In this document: positions 14,389-23,664 of the stretch, piece after piece | Numbering within the stretch: the stretch's first letter is position 1 | How the letters are laid out: each line of letters opens with the position of its first letter | DNA from: Armatimonadota bacterium | GTDB taxonomy: Bacteria > Armatimonadota > Zipacnadia > JAUWAU01 | Length of the DNA stretch: 30,631 nt | Assembly (NCBI GenBank): GCA_050114035.1 | Contig: JASFTE010000001.1 | Location: forward strand, 1-30,631 | Direction: 5' to 3' | Program-made: the position numbers and the translations under genes | The notes under the pieces: generated by a model | Told to the model about the DNA's origin: nothing | The model's input: the letters and a program-made list of their open reading frames with translations, nothing else | Databases searched by the model: none

Positions 14389-14416
14389 AGTATAGTCGCT
14401 TTGGCCAATTTGTCAA
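14389..14416 (-). promoter_or_regulatory. sigma70-type promoter facing the hdr-nuo-mvh operon
   Basis: -35 TTGACA (14416-14411), 16-nt spacer, -10 TATACT (14394-14389). Confidence 0.75.
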
Positions 14417-14708
14417 GTGGTTTTGCCAACTGCGGAGCTATGCCCAAAGGCGTGAGAGGAGCGACGCATCCCAGGCAACTGGGGACGTTGGCGTGCCCTG
14501 CGACGGAGTGCTCAAGCCGGTGCGCGCCTCTGCCCTATGGCGAGGGCACGGAGCTGATCGGTCCATCTGTCAGTGGGTCCTCCGCCGAGCTGGCCCCGCC
14601 CGTGGAGCATCCCTTGGGGGAGTACAGATGCGGCACGTGGGTCAGAGGATGATCCAGCGCACTGGACGCGGGATGCCCAGAGCAGAGCGTCCAGTGTTAG
14701 CGCGCCTA

Positions 14709-14737
14709 TTGGCCGTCGTGGCCATTTGCGGTACACT
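14709..14737 (+). promoter_or_regulatory. Candidate sigma70-type promoter for hypFCDE
   Basis: -35 TTGGCC, 17-nt spacer, -10 TACACT, about 45 nt upstream of the hypF start. Confidence 0.5.
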
Positions 14738-14781
14738 CCGTTGGGAGCGGCTGCAGGCCGCCGTCTGACGGAGTGCACCAA

Positions 14782-17139
14782 GTGACGGACAGTCGCGCCA
14801 TCATCGAAGTCAACGGCATTGTGCAGGGCGTGGGGTTTCGGCCCTTCGTGCATCAGCGCGTGCGCCTGTACGGCCTCAAAGGCTGGGTGCTGAACTCACG
14901 ACAGGGCGTTCAGATGGAGGTGGAGGGCGCCTCCGAGGACGTCCGCCGATTCGTTGATGATCTGGAGACGCAGCCTCCTGTGCTGGCGGCCATCGAGCGC
15001 GTCCACGTCCAGCACGCCGAGCCGGTGGGCTACGAGGCGTTCGAGATACGACGCAGCGAAGAACGCCCGGCCGATAGTGAGACGGCGGAGGACCGTATCT
15101 GCTTCGTCTCTCCCGATGTGGCCACGTGCGAGGATTGCCTCAGGGAGCTCCTCGATCCAGGCGACCGCCGCCACCGGTACCCGTTCACGAATTGCACCAA
15201 CTGCGGCCCTCGCTTCACCATCGTCGAGGACACTCCGTACGACCGCGACAAGACCACGATGCGCGCTTTCCCCATGTGCGACGACTGCCACGGTGAGTAT
15301 GGGGACATCGAGGATCGACGCTACCACGCGCAGCCGAACGCATGCTGGCGCTGCGGCCCCCAACTGACGCTCGAGCTGCCCGGGTCACCCCCGGCCGAGG
15401 GCGACGCCATCACGGCGACGCAGCGGATCCTGGCAGACGGCGGCATAGTGGCCGTGAAGGGGCTGGGCGGGTTCCACCTGGCGTGTGACGCCGAGAACGC
15501 TGCCGCGGTCCGTCGCCTGCGCGCGCGCAAGCATCGCGAGGAGAAGCCCCTCGCCATCATGTGCGGCGCCGCCGAGGCGGCGGAGCGCATCTGTGATACG
15601 GGCGAATCTGAGCGCCGCCTCCTCACCGATCCGCGGCGGCCCATTGTGCTGCTCCGGAAGCGGCCGGACTGCCCCATCGCCGAGCAGGTGGCGCCCGGCA
15701 ACCGGTACCACGGCGTCATGCTCCCGTACACGCCGCTGCACGCCTTGCTGTTCCAGGACGCGCCATACACGGCCCTCGTGATGACCAGCGGCAACCTGAG
15801 CGAGGAGCCACTGACGCACACCAACGAGGGTGCCCGGCGGGGCCTGCTCCCGATGGCCGATGCGCTGCTGGCGCACAACCGGGACATCCACGCGCGCTGC
15901 GACGACTCCGTGGCGCGTATCGCGGCCGGCGGGCCGCTCGTCATGCGTCGCTCGCGCGGGTACGCGCCCTTTCCGGTCCGCCTCGGCGAGGCGACCCCCA
16001 TGATCCTCGCGTGCGGCGCGGAGCTCAAGAACACCTTCTGCCTGGTGCGCGATGGGTATGCCTTCATCAGCCAGCACATCGGCGACCTGAAGAACGCCAA
16101 GGCGAGCGCGTACTTCGAGGAGGAGATCCAGCACTACCAGGAGTTGTTCCGCTCCGACCCCGAGATCGTGGCCCACGATCTGCACCCGCAGTACCTGTCG
16201 ACGCGGTACGCCCTCGGGCACTGCTGCTCGACGAAGATCGCCGTCCAGCACCACCACGCACACATGGCGAGCTGCATGGCCGAGCATGGCATCAGGGAGC
16301 CGGTAATCGGCGTGAGCTTCGACGGCCTCGGACTGGGCGCCGACGACACGGTGTGGGGTGGGGAGTTCCTCGTCGGCGACCTCGTGCAGTTCCGCCGCGC
16401 CGGGCACTTCGCTACCGTTCCCATGCCGGGCGGCGACGCCGCCACCGAGCAGCCGTGGCGCATGGCGCTGAGCTACCTGCTCGCCGCATTCGGCGACGAT
16501 TACCGCACGCTGCCACTGGCGCTCAACGAGCGCATCGACGACGAGCGGCACGAGGTCGTGGCGCACATGATCGAGCGCCAGTTCAACTCGCCGCTCACCT
16601 CGAGTTGCGGCCGGCTGTTCGATGCCGTTGCGGCGCTTGTGGGCCTGCGCGGCGAGGTGCGCTTCGAGGGCCAGGCGGCGATGGAGCTGGAGATGCACTG
16701 CGCCGACGACGTGTCTGCCGGCTACGACTTCGCCATCGTGGAGCCGGACGAAGGCGCGGATGAGCCACTTCTACTGGACTGGCGGCCCGCGTTCCGCGGC
16801 ATGGTCGATGACCTCGTCTCCGGCATTGACTCGCCGGTGATCGCGGCCAGGTTCCACAACGCGCTCGTCACCGCCACAGCGGCGATGTGTTCGGCCCTCT
16901 CGGAACGAACCGGTCTGCGGAAGGTCACGCTCAGTGGGGGCTGCTTCCAGAATGTCCGATTGCTCGACGGCCTCGTGCCCGCACTCAAGCAGCGAGGCCT
17001 CGATCCCTACACCCAGCACCTGGTGCCGCCCAACGACGGCGGCATCTCGCTTGGGCAGGCAGCCGTGGCCCACGCCCGCACGGCGGCGACCACTGGAAAT
17101 GCGCCCACGTACAAGGAGGAAGTGGGGCGATGTGCTTAG
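14782..17139 (+). CDS. hypF: Carbamoyltransferase HypF
   Basis: Acylphosphatase GIVQGVGFRPFV, Zn fingers CEDC..CTNCGPR..CDDC..CWRCGP, KGLGGFHL, HDLHP, QHHHAH, DGLG.G, LSGGCFQN, PPNDGGISLGQ. Start GTG 14782 (CGGAG 8 nt upstream) preferred over 14773. Confidence 0.97.
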   Translation: MTDSRAIIEVNGIVQGVGFRPFVHQRVRLYGLKGWVLNSRQGVQMEVEGASEDVRRFVDDLETQPPVLAAIERVHVQHAEPVGYEAFEIRRSEERPADSETAEDRICFVSPDVATCEDCLRELLDPGDRRHRYPFTNCTNCGPRFTIVEDTPYDRDKTTMRAFPMCDDCHGEYGDIEDRRYHAQPNACWRCGPQLTLELPGSPPAEGDAITATQRILADGGIVAVKGLGGFHLACDAENAAAVRRLRARKHREEKPLAIMCGAAEAAERICDTGESERRLLTDPRRPIVLLRKRPDCPIAEQVAPGNRYHGVMLPYTPLHALLFQDAPYTALVMTSGNLSEEPLTHTNEGARRGLLPMADALLAHNRDIHARCDDSVARIAAGGPLVMRRSRGYAPFPVRLGEATPMILACGAELKNTFCLVRDGYAFISQHIGDLKNAKASAYFEEEIQHYQELFRSDPEIVAHDLHPQYLSTRYALGHCCSTKIAVQHHHAHMASCMAEHGIREPVIGVSFDGLGLGADDTVWGGEFLVGDLVQFRRAGHFATVPMPGGDAATEQPWRMALSYLLAAFGDDYRTLPLALNERIDDERHEVVAHMIERQFNSPLTSSCGRLFDAVAALVGLRGEVRFEGQAAMELEMHCADDVSAGYDFAIVEPDEGADEPLLLDWRPAFRGMVDDLVSGIDSPVIAARFHNALVTATAAMCSALSERTGLRKVTLSGGCFQNVRLLDGLVPALKQRGLDPYTQHLVPPNDGGISLGQAAVAHARTAATTGNAPTYKEEVGRCA

Positions 17140-17351
17140 GCGTCCCGGCGGAAGTGTTGAGCATCGAGGCGGACGGCCGCGCCGAGGTCTCCATCGGCGG
17201 CGCCGTCCGCGAGGCGCGGGTGGATCTCGTGCCCGACGTCAAGACGGGCGACTACGTTCTCCTGCACGCCGGCTTCGCCATCCAGCGACTCGATGCTGAA
17301 GCGGCCCAGGAGATTCTGGATCTGTTCAGGGAGCTCATCGAGACCCAATGA
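17130..17351 (+). CDS. hypC: Hydrogenase assembly chaperone HypC (73 aa)
   Basis: MCLGVP..., GDYVLLHAGFAI; SD AAGGAGG at 17113-17119; overlaps the hypF end. Confidence 0.96.
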   Translation: MCLGVPAEVLSIEADGRAEVSIGGAVREARVDLVPDVKTGDYVLLHAGFAIQRLDAEAAQEILDLFRELIETQ

Positions 17352-18466
17352 GGTACGGCGAGGCGTTCCGCGACAAAGAGGCGGCCGGCGCCCTCGTGCA
17401 GCGCATCGCGGCGGCGGCGCAGCGGCCCACGCGCCTCATGGAAGTGTGCGGCACGCACACCATGGCGCTCTTCCAGCACGGCATCCGCGGGCTCATGCCC
17501 GAGGCGATCACGCTGCTCTCGGGCCCCGGGTGTCCCGTCTGCGTGACGCCCCGGGCCGAGGTGGACGCGGCCATTGCTCTTGCGCGCATGGAGGACGTGA
17601 CGCTCGCGACCTTCGGGGACATGATGCGCGTGCCGGGCAGCGAGACGTCCCTGACGGACGAGGGAGCCAGCGGCCGGCGCATCGAGGTCGTGTACTCGCC
17701 CACCGACGCGCTCGCCATCGCCCGTCGGGACAGCGACCGGCAGGTCGTCTTCCTTGGCGTCGGCTTCGAGACCACGGCGCCCTCGGTGGCGTGCACCATC
17801 CTCGATGCGGCCCAACACGGAATCGCCAACTTCTCCGTCCTGTGCGTGCACAAGGTCATCCCGCCGGCCCTCCGGGCGCTGCTGAGCGCCGAGGATGTGC
17901 GCGTGGACGGCTTCCTGTGCCCGGGACACGTGAGCACCATCATCGGGTCGCGCCCGTACGAGTTCATCTCGGAGCAGTTCGGCGTGCCGTGCGCCATAGC
18001 GGGCTTCGAGCCCCTTGACATTCTGCACGGCATCCTGCTCCTGGCCGAGATCGTCTCCGCCGGCGAAGCGCGGGTTGAGATCGGGTACACTCGCGCGGTG
18101 CGGCCCGAAGGGAACCCGGCCGCGCTGGAGCACATCGAGCGGGTTTTCGAGCCGGCGGACGCCGAGTGGCGCGGCCTCGGATGGATCGACGACAGCGGCC
18201 TGGCAATCAGACCGGAGCTTGAGGCCCACGATGCAGCGCGGCGGTTCGAGTCTGTCATCGCCGAGACGAAGGCGCGCTCCGCCGCCGTCGCCGACCCGCT
18301 CGGCTGCATCTGCGGCGAGGTGCTGCGGGGCACGCACACGCCGCTGGACTGCCCGCACTTCGGCAAGTCGTGCACGCCGCAGGATCCCGTGGGGCCCTGC
18401 ATGGTATCCTCCGAGGGTACCTGCGCGGCTCACTACCGGTACGGCGACGCCCGTGACGCGGACTGA
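17348..18466 (+). CDS. hypD: Hydrogenase maturation protein HypD
   Basis: MEVCGTHT, GPGCPVCV, GFETT, PGHVS, AGFEP, CICGEVLRG..CPHFG..CTP..PVGPCMVSSEGTC. Confidence 0.97.
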   Translation: MRYGEAFRDKEAAGALVQRIAAAAQRPTRLMEVCGTHTMALFQHGIRGLMPEAITLLSGPGCPVCVTPRAEVDAAIALARMEDVTLATFGDMMRVPGSETSLTDEGASGRRIEVVYSPTDALAIARRDSDRQVVFLGVGFETTAPSVACTILDAAQHGIANFSVLCVHKVIPPALRALLSAEDVRVDGFLCPGHVSTIIGSRPYEFISEQFGVPCAIAGFEPLDILHGILLLAEIVSAGEARVEIGYTRAVRPEGNPAALEHIERVFEPADAEWRGLGWIDDSGLAIRPELEAHDAARRFESVIAETKARSAAVADPLGCICGEVLRGTHTPLDCPHFGKSCTPQDPVGPCMVSSEGTCAAHYRYGDARDAD

Positions 18467-18508
18467 CTGACGGCAATCCCCTGACGCTCCCCAGCGGGGT
18501 GGTCAAGC

Positions 18509-19519
18509 ATGGCCCGAACCATCACCCTCGGACACGGAAGCGGCGGGCAGCTCTCCCGGGAGCTCACCGAGAAGTCCTTCCTCCCGCACCTCCGCAGCCC
18601 GGAGCTCGCCAAGCTCGACGACGCTGCCGCGCTCGCGGTGCCCGAGAGCGACCTCGCGTTGACCACCGACTCCTTCGTGGTCACACCGCTCGTCTTCCCC
18701 GGCAGCGACATCGGTCGCCTCGCCGTGTACGGCACGGTCAACGATCTGGCCATGCTCACCGCGAGGCCGCTGTGCCTCTCGGCCGCCTTCATCGTCGAGG
18801 AGGGCCTCGACCTCGAGATGCTGGAGCAGATCGCCGAGTCCATGGCGGGGGCCGCCCGGCAGGTCGGCGTCCCGATAGTGACGGCCGACACGAAGGTGGT
18901 GGAGAGGGGGAGCGCCGACGGCCTCTTCGTCAACACAACGGGCCTCGGCGCGATCCAGTGTACGCCGCCGCCCTCTGGCGAGCGCGCCCAGGTCGGCGAC
19001 CGGGTCATCCTCAGCGGCAGCGTCGCCGACCATGGCATCGCCGTGCTCATGGCACGAAACCAGTTCCCCTTCCGCGCCGACATCGCCAGCGACTGCGCGC
19101 CGCTATGGAGTCTCGTTGACGCCATGCTGACCACCGGTGCGGACCTGCACGCGCTGCGCGACCCCACTCGCGGCGGCCTGGCCAGTGTCTTGAACGAGAT
19201 CGCCGAGGCCGCACAGGTCGCCATCACGGTGGACGAGGACGCCGTGCCGGTCGCCGATCCCGTACGCGGCGCATGCGAGATGCTCGGGCTGGATCCCTTC
19301 TACGTGGCCAACGAGGGCAAGCTCGTCGCCATCGTCCCTGCCGATGCTGCCCACCACATCGTCGCCGCGATGCACGACCACGATCGCGGCCGCCAGGCCT
19401 GCATCATCGGCGAGGTGACCGGCGAGCATCGCAAGGGCCGTGTCACCCTCGCTACCGGCATCGGCGGCTCGCGGATCCTCGACCTCCTCGTCGGCGAGCA
19501 ACTCCCCCGCATCTGCTGA
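18509..19519 (+). CDS. hypE: Carbamoyl dehydratase HypE
   Basis: ITLGHGSGG, TTDSFVV.PL.FPG.DIG.LAV.GTVNDLAM, RDPTRGG, ANEGK, C-terminal EQLPRIC. Confidence 0.97.
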   Translation: MARTITLGHGSGGQLSRELTEKSFLPHLRSPELAKLDDAAALAVPESDLALTTDSFVVTPLVFPGSDIGRLAVYGTVNDLAMLTARPLCLSAAFIVEEGLDLEMLEQIAESMAGAARQVGVPIVTADTKVVERGSADGLFVNTTGLGAIQCTPPPSGERAQVGDRVILSGSVADHGIAVLMARNQFPFRADIASDCAPLWSLVDAMLTTGADLHALRDPTRGGLASVLNEIAEAAQVAITVDEDAVPVADPVRGACEMLGLDPFYVANEGKLVAIVPADAAHHIVAAMHDHDRGRQACIIGEVTGEHRKGRVTLATGIGGSRILDLLVGEQLPRIC

Positions 19520-19625
19520 TCTATCGCCCCGGCGCACGCGCTCCCCCCCAGGCCGGCGCCACGAGGAGAGCGCCTCGCAGGCGACGAAGTACGGGCGGAC
19601 GCCCGGACACGCGGAGGTGCACACC

Positions 19626-21185
19626 GTGCTCCCGGAGGGCCAGCTCGCCACTGCCGACTACGTCGCCCTCGCCATCTACATGCTGCTGGTGTTCGGCATC
19701 GGGGGCTACACGCGCCGGCTCATCCGGGGCATCGAGGACTACTTCGCCTGCGGCCGCCGCGTGCCGTGGTGGATGGCCGCCATCTCGCATCACATCTCTG
19801 GCTACAGCGCCTTCGCCTTCGTCGGGTTCGCCAGCGTCGGCTACACGCACGGCTTCAGCGTCTGGACGCTGTTCGCCATCCCCTGCTTCATCGCCATGGC
19901 CCTCGGCGCCTTCGTCTGGGCGCCCCGCTGGGTGCGGCTCGCCGTCATCACCCCGGCGCAGTACCTGGAGCAGCGCTTCAACAACCTCGTACGCCAGCTC
20001 ATCGCCTGGAGCGGCATCGCCGTCAAGTTCGTGGACGAGGGCGCGAAGCTCTATTCCCTCGCCAAGGTCGTGAGCGCGTGCACGCGGCTGCGCCAGGCAC
20101 ACGTGGTCGTCGGCGCGGGCGTCATCACCATCGCCTACCTTCTGCTCGGCGGCCTCTGGGCCGAGATGATGACCGACTCCCTGCAGTTCTTCGTGCAGTT
20201 CAGCATCACGCTCCTGCTCGTCCCGGTGGTGCTGCGCGCCGTGGGCGGCTGGGGTGGCATGTGGCGGCAACAGCCCGGCCAGTACACGCTGTTCAGCAGC
20301 GAGGTCCCGCTCGCGCGCGTCCTGGTCTATCTCCCGGTCGTCATCATGAGCTACAACGGCGGCACCTGGGGGCTGGCACAGCGCTTCTACTCCCTCGGCC
20401 GCCCGCGGGACGCCACAAAGGCCGCGCTCCTGTCGGCCGCCCTCTTTCTCGTCTATCCCCTGGCCATCTACATCCCGGTCTGGGCGGCGCCCGTGCTGCT
20501 CGGCGAGATCGATCCGGAGCTCTCATACATCCTCGTCGCCGCCAAGTACCTTCCGGGGCTCGCCCCCGGCCTGCTGGGCCTGCTCCTGGCCGCCATCTTC
20601 GCTGCCACGATGTCCATGGTGGACTCCGACCTCAATGCCCTCGCCGCCGTGTTCACCAAGGACATCTACGGACGCATCATCAACCCGCGCGCCACCGAGC
20701 ACAAGCTGATGAAGGTGGGGCTGATCGCCACCGTCGTCTTCGGCGCGCTCACCATCGGCTGTGGCTTGGCCGTCGGCGGGCCGGCGCTGGGCGGGGCGTT
20801 CAGCGCGATGATTGAGTGGTACGGCGCCGTGCTGGGGCCCGTCTCCATCCCGCTGCTCTTCGGCATGGTGCTGCGCCGCACCACCTGGCGTGGCGCACTG
20901 CTCTCATGGGCCGGCGGCTTCGTCACCTTCGTCGCCTTCAAGTACTGGCTCGTCGATCTGCTGTGGGTGAACCTGTTTGGCATGACTCCCGCCGATGCGG
21001 GCACCCACGCCCAGGCCATCGCCTGGTGCATCTACACCGGCGCCGAGCTGTTCGTCGCTTTCGCCATCTTCGTGGGCGAGGGGTACTTGCACACGTACCG
21101 GTCGTACCGCCGTGGTCTGGATCCGCACCGCGAGGAAGACCGGGAATGGGCGGAGCGTTGGTGGTCCCATAGCTCACGGTCGTAG
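19626..21185 (+). CDS. Sodium:solute symporter (SSS) family transporter, substrate unknown
   Basis: GTG 19626 with GGAGG 8 nt upstream. DYF.CGR.VPWW, many hydrophobic helices, AQRFYS, AAIFAATMSMVDSDLNALAAVFTKDIY. Confidence 0.9.
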   Translation: MLPEGQLATADYVALAIYMLLVFGIGGYTRRLIRGIEDYFACGRRVPWWMAAISHHISGYSAFAFVGFASVGYTHGFSVWTLFAIPCFIAMALGAFVWAPRWVRLAVITPAQYLEQRFNNLVRQLIAWSGIAVKFVDEGAKLYSLAKVVSACTRLRQAHVVVGAGVITIAYLLLGGLWAEMMTDSLQFFVQFSITLLLVPVVLRAVGGWGGMWRQQPGQYTLFSSEVPLARVLVYLPVVIMSYNGGTWGLAQRFYSLGRPRDATKAALLSAALFLVYPLAIYIPVWAAPVLLGEIDPELSYILVAAKYLPGLAPGLLGLLLAAIFAATMSMVDSDLNALAAVFTKDIYGRIINPRATEHKLMKVGLIATVVFGALTIGCGLAVGGPALGGAFSAMIEWYGAVLGPVSIPLLFGMVLRRTTWRGALLSWAGGFVTFVAFKYWLVDLLWVNLFGMTPADAGTHAQAIAWCIYTGAELFVAFAIFVGEGYLHTYRSYRRGLDPHREEDREWAERWWSHSSRS

Positions 21186-21351
21186 ACGCCGTGCCGCTTG
21201 AGGAGACGGTGTGGCCGGTCCTGCGCACTGCCGCTGCCCTCAACGCCACATTCCACTGGACGCAGGGCAAGTGCCCCTCCCAGTTCGTACTGTGAGCAGC
21301 TCTGGGCCGCTCCCCGCACGTGCGACTGCGCGGCGTTCGCAGCAGGGCCGC

Positions 21352-21380
21352 TTGTGCACGGCCGCCTGCCGTGCTATAAG
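21352..21380 (+). promoter_or_regulatory. Candidate promoter for the ABC importer with a palindromic operator in the spacer
   Basis: TTGTGC-17 nt-TATAAG with extended TGn; GCACGGC-N5-GCCGTGC at 21356-21374. The -10 lacks the conserved last T. Confidence 0.35.
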
Positions 21381-21428
21381 CCAGGTGCCATGTGCGGACG
21401 CGAGGGCGAGAGCGCCTGCAGTGTTCAC

Positions 21429-23660
21429 GTGAGCGGCGAGCTGCGCCGCGCTCTGCGGCAACTGCGTTGGCGCGCCATGCTCCTGGGCTGTGCCGTCTCG
21501 TTGATTCTGGCGGGCTGCAACAACTCCCCTTACCCCGCTTCGGAGGACCGCGCGAGCATCCTCTACACGACCTTCTCGGCGGAGCCGAAGCACCTGGACA
21601 CCGCCACGGCATATAGCAGCGACTGCTACGCACTCCTGTGCAACATCGTCGAGCCGCTGTTCCAGTATCACTTCCTGAAGCGCCCCTACGAGCTGGAGCC
21701 ACTGCTTGCCGCCGAGGTGCCAAGACCGACGACGCGGCAGATGCAGTGGCAGGGAGAGACCGTCAACGCCGTCGTCTACACGATCCGCATCAAGCCCGGC
21801 GTCCTCTACCAGGATCATCCCTGCTTCGTCGAGGCGAACCGCAGGCTCTCGGAGGGCGATGTGCAGGGCATCAGCTCCGTCTTCGACTTCGCCGACGTGG
21901 CGACCCGCGAGGTCGCTGCTGATGACTGCGTGCTTGCCGTCCGCAGGCTCTGCGACCCGCGCCTCACCTGCCCCATCATCAGCACGCTGGCGCAGAACAT
22001 CCTTGGTCTGGAGGAATACAGCGGGGCGCTGAGCGCCGCCCTCGACGCCGAGCGCGAACGGCGCACCGAGGCCGGGGGAGCGTTCTACAACAGGGAGGGC
22101 GACGAGAAGTACAACCCCGTCCGGCTGGACTACGCCGCCCATCCCCTGCCAGGTGTGCGGGCGATCGATCGCCATACCTTCGAGGTCGTGCTGAAGCACC
22201 CGTATCCGCAGATCCTGTACTGGATGGCCATGCCCTTCTTCTCGCCCGTGCCCCACGAGGCGGTTGACTTCTTCCATCAGCCGGCTCTCCTGCGGCGCAA
22301 CATCGCCTTCGACAAGAACCCCGTGGGCACCGGGCCGTATGTGCTCGCCGAGTTCGATCCGACGAATCAGTTCATCCTCGAACGCAACGCCAACTTCCGC
22401 GACGAACGATACCCCGATCTCGCGGCACCGGACCCGAGTGATCCCGAAGTGGTGGCCCACTTCGAGGCCCTGCGGGCGGCGGGAGTGCTCGAGGATGCTG
22501 GCAGGCAGCTCCCCATGGTGGATCGGGTGGTCTTCCGGCGGGAGGTGGAGTGGATCCCCCGGTGGGCCAAGTTCCGGCAAGGGTACTACGACACGTCGGG
22601 AATCGCCAGCGACGTGTTCGATCAGAGCGTTACGCTCACCTCGACGGGCGATGCCGTGCTATCCGATGAGATGGACCGCCAGGGCATCACGCTGTACACC
22701 GCCCCGTCGGCATCCATCTCATACTTCTGCTTCAACATGAGGGACCCGGTGGTGGGCGGCTATGGCGAGAGGCAGCGCAACCTCCGCCAGGCCATCAGCA
22801 TTGCCTTCGACACCGAGGAGCAGATCACCATCTTCTGGAACGGGCGCGGCACCGTGGCGCACAGCCCGACGCCGCCCGGCTTCTTCGGCTATGAGCCCGG
22901 TGAGGCGGGCATCAACCCGGTCAGCCACGCGTGGGACGCGGAGCGCCGCAGCCCGGTCCGCCGCTCGATTGACGAGGCCAAGCGGCTCATGAAGAAGGCG
23001 GGGTACGAGAACGGATACGGCCCCGACGGCGAGCCGCTGGTGTTGCACTTCGACAATAGCTGGGTGGCCTCGAGCGCGCGACCCCGACTGCGGTTCGTCA
23101 CCAAGCAGTTCGCCAAGCTGGGGATTCAGCTGAAATCGCGCACCACGGACTACAATCGCTTCCAGGACAAGGTGCGCGCGGGCAGCTTCCAGATCCTGTC
23201 CTGGGGCTGGATCGCCGACTACCCGGACCCGGAGAACTTCCTGTTCCTGCTGTATGGCCCCAACAGCCGGGCCGACGAGGGTGGGGGATCGAACTCCTCA
23301 AACTACGCCAGCCCCCGGTACGACAGGCTGTTCGAGAAGATGAGCAACATGGAGAACGGACCCGAGCGTCTCGCCCTCGTCCGCCGCATGAACGGCATCT
23401 TGCACCGAGACGCTCCGTGGTTCGGGTGCGTGCACGGGGTGTCCTACTCCTTGGTGCACGACTGGTACAAGAACGGCTACCCGAACGTCATGGCATGGGG
23501 CCAGCTGAAGTACCGACGGATCGACGTCGAGCAACGCGCGCGCCTGCGGCGTGAGTGGAACAGCCCTCGCTGGCACCTGCCGGTAATCCTCGCCGCCGTC
23601 CTGATCCTGGGGACGCTGCCGGCCATCCGTGTCGCCGTCCGACACCTGAAGGAAGCCTGA
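21429..23660 (+). CDS. ABC importer substrate-binding lipoprotein, family 5 (Opp/Dpp/Nik type), with a C-terminal membrane helix
   Basis: Lipobox LILAGC; EPKHLDTA, EPLFQY, VGTGPY, LRQAIS.A.D, GWIADYPDPENFL; hydrophobic tail WHLPVILAAVLILGTLPAIRVAV. Start uncertain (21390, 21429 or 21477). Confidence 0.88.
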   Translation: MSGELRRALRQLRWRAMLLGCAVSLILAGCNNSPYPASEDRASILYTTFSAEPKHLDTATAYSSDCYALLCNIVEPLFQYHFLKRPYELEPLLAAEVPRPTTRQMQWQGETVNAVVYTIRIKPGVLYQDHPCFVEANRRLSEGDVQGISSVFDFADVATREVAADDCVLAVRRLCDPRLTCPIISTLAQNILGLEEYSGALSAALDAERERRTEAGGAFYNREGDEKYNPVRLDYAAHPLPGVRAIDRHTFEVVLKHPYPQILYWMAMPFFSPVPHEAVDFFHQPALLRRNIAFDKNPVGTGPYVLAEFDPTNQFILERNANFRDERYPDLAAPDPSDPEVVAHFEALRAAGVLEDAGRQLPMVDRVVFRREVEWIPRWAKFRQGYYDTSGIASDVFDQSVTLTSTGDAVLSDEMDRQGITLYTAPSASISYFCFNMRDPVVGGYGERQRNLRQAISIAFDTEEQITIFWNGRGTVAHSPTPPGFFGYEPGEAGINPVSHAWDAERRSPVRRSIDEAKRLMKKAGYENGYGPDGEPLVLHFDNSWVASSARPRLRFVTKQFAKLGIQLKSRTTDYNRFQDKVRAGSFQILSWGWIADYPDPENFLFLLYGPNSRADEGGGSNSSNYASPRYDRLFEKMSNMENGPERLALVRRMNGILHRDAPWFGCVHGVSYSLVHDWYKNGYPNVMAWGQLKYRRIDVEQRARLRREWNSPRWHLPVILAAVLILGTLPAIRVAVRHLKEA

Positions 23661-23664
23661 CCCC

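Noticed and set aside
14339-14400. Partial plus-strand resemblance to the FMN riboswitch (CTCAGG..AAATACCCGACCGGCAGT, CAGTATAGTC)
   Set aside because: Too short, P2 pairing and the central GATCCGGTGAAATTCCGG-like segment are missing, and the promoter and terminator point the other way.
14411-14430. sigma54 -24/-12 promoter (TGGCAA..TTGA on the minus strand)
   Set aside because: Spacing is one base off and the -12 is not TTGC; the sequence is better explained as the sigma70 -35.
14493-14768. 91-aa ORF upstream of hypF
   Set aside because: No recognisable motif, and it overlaps the likely hypF promoter; not supportable as a gene.
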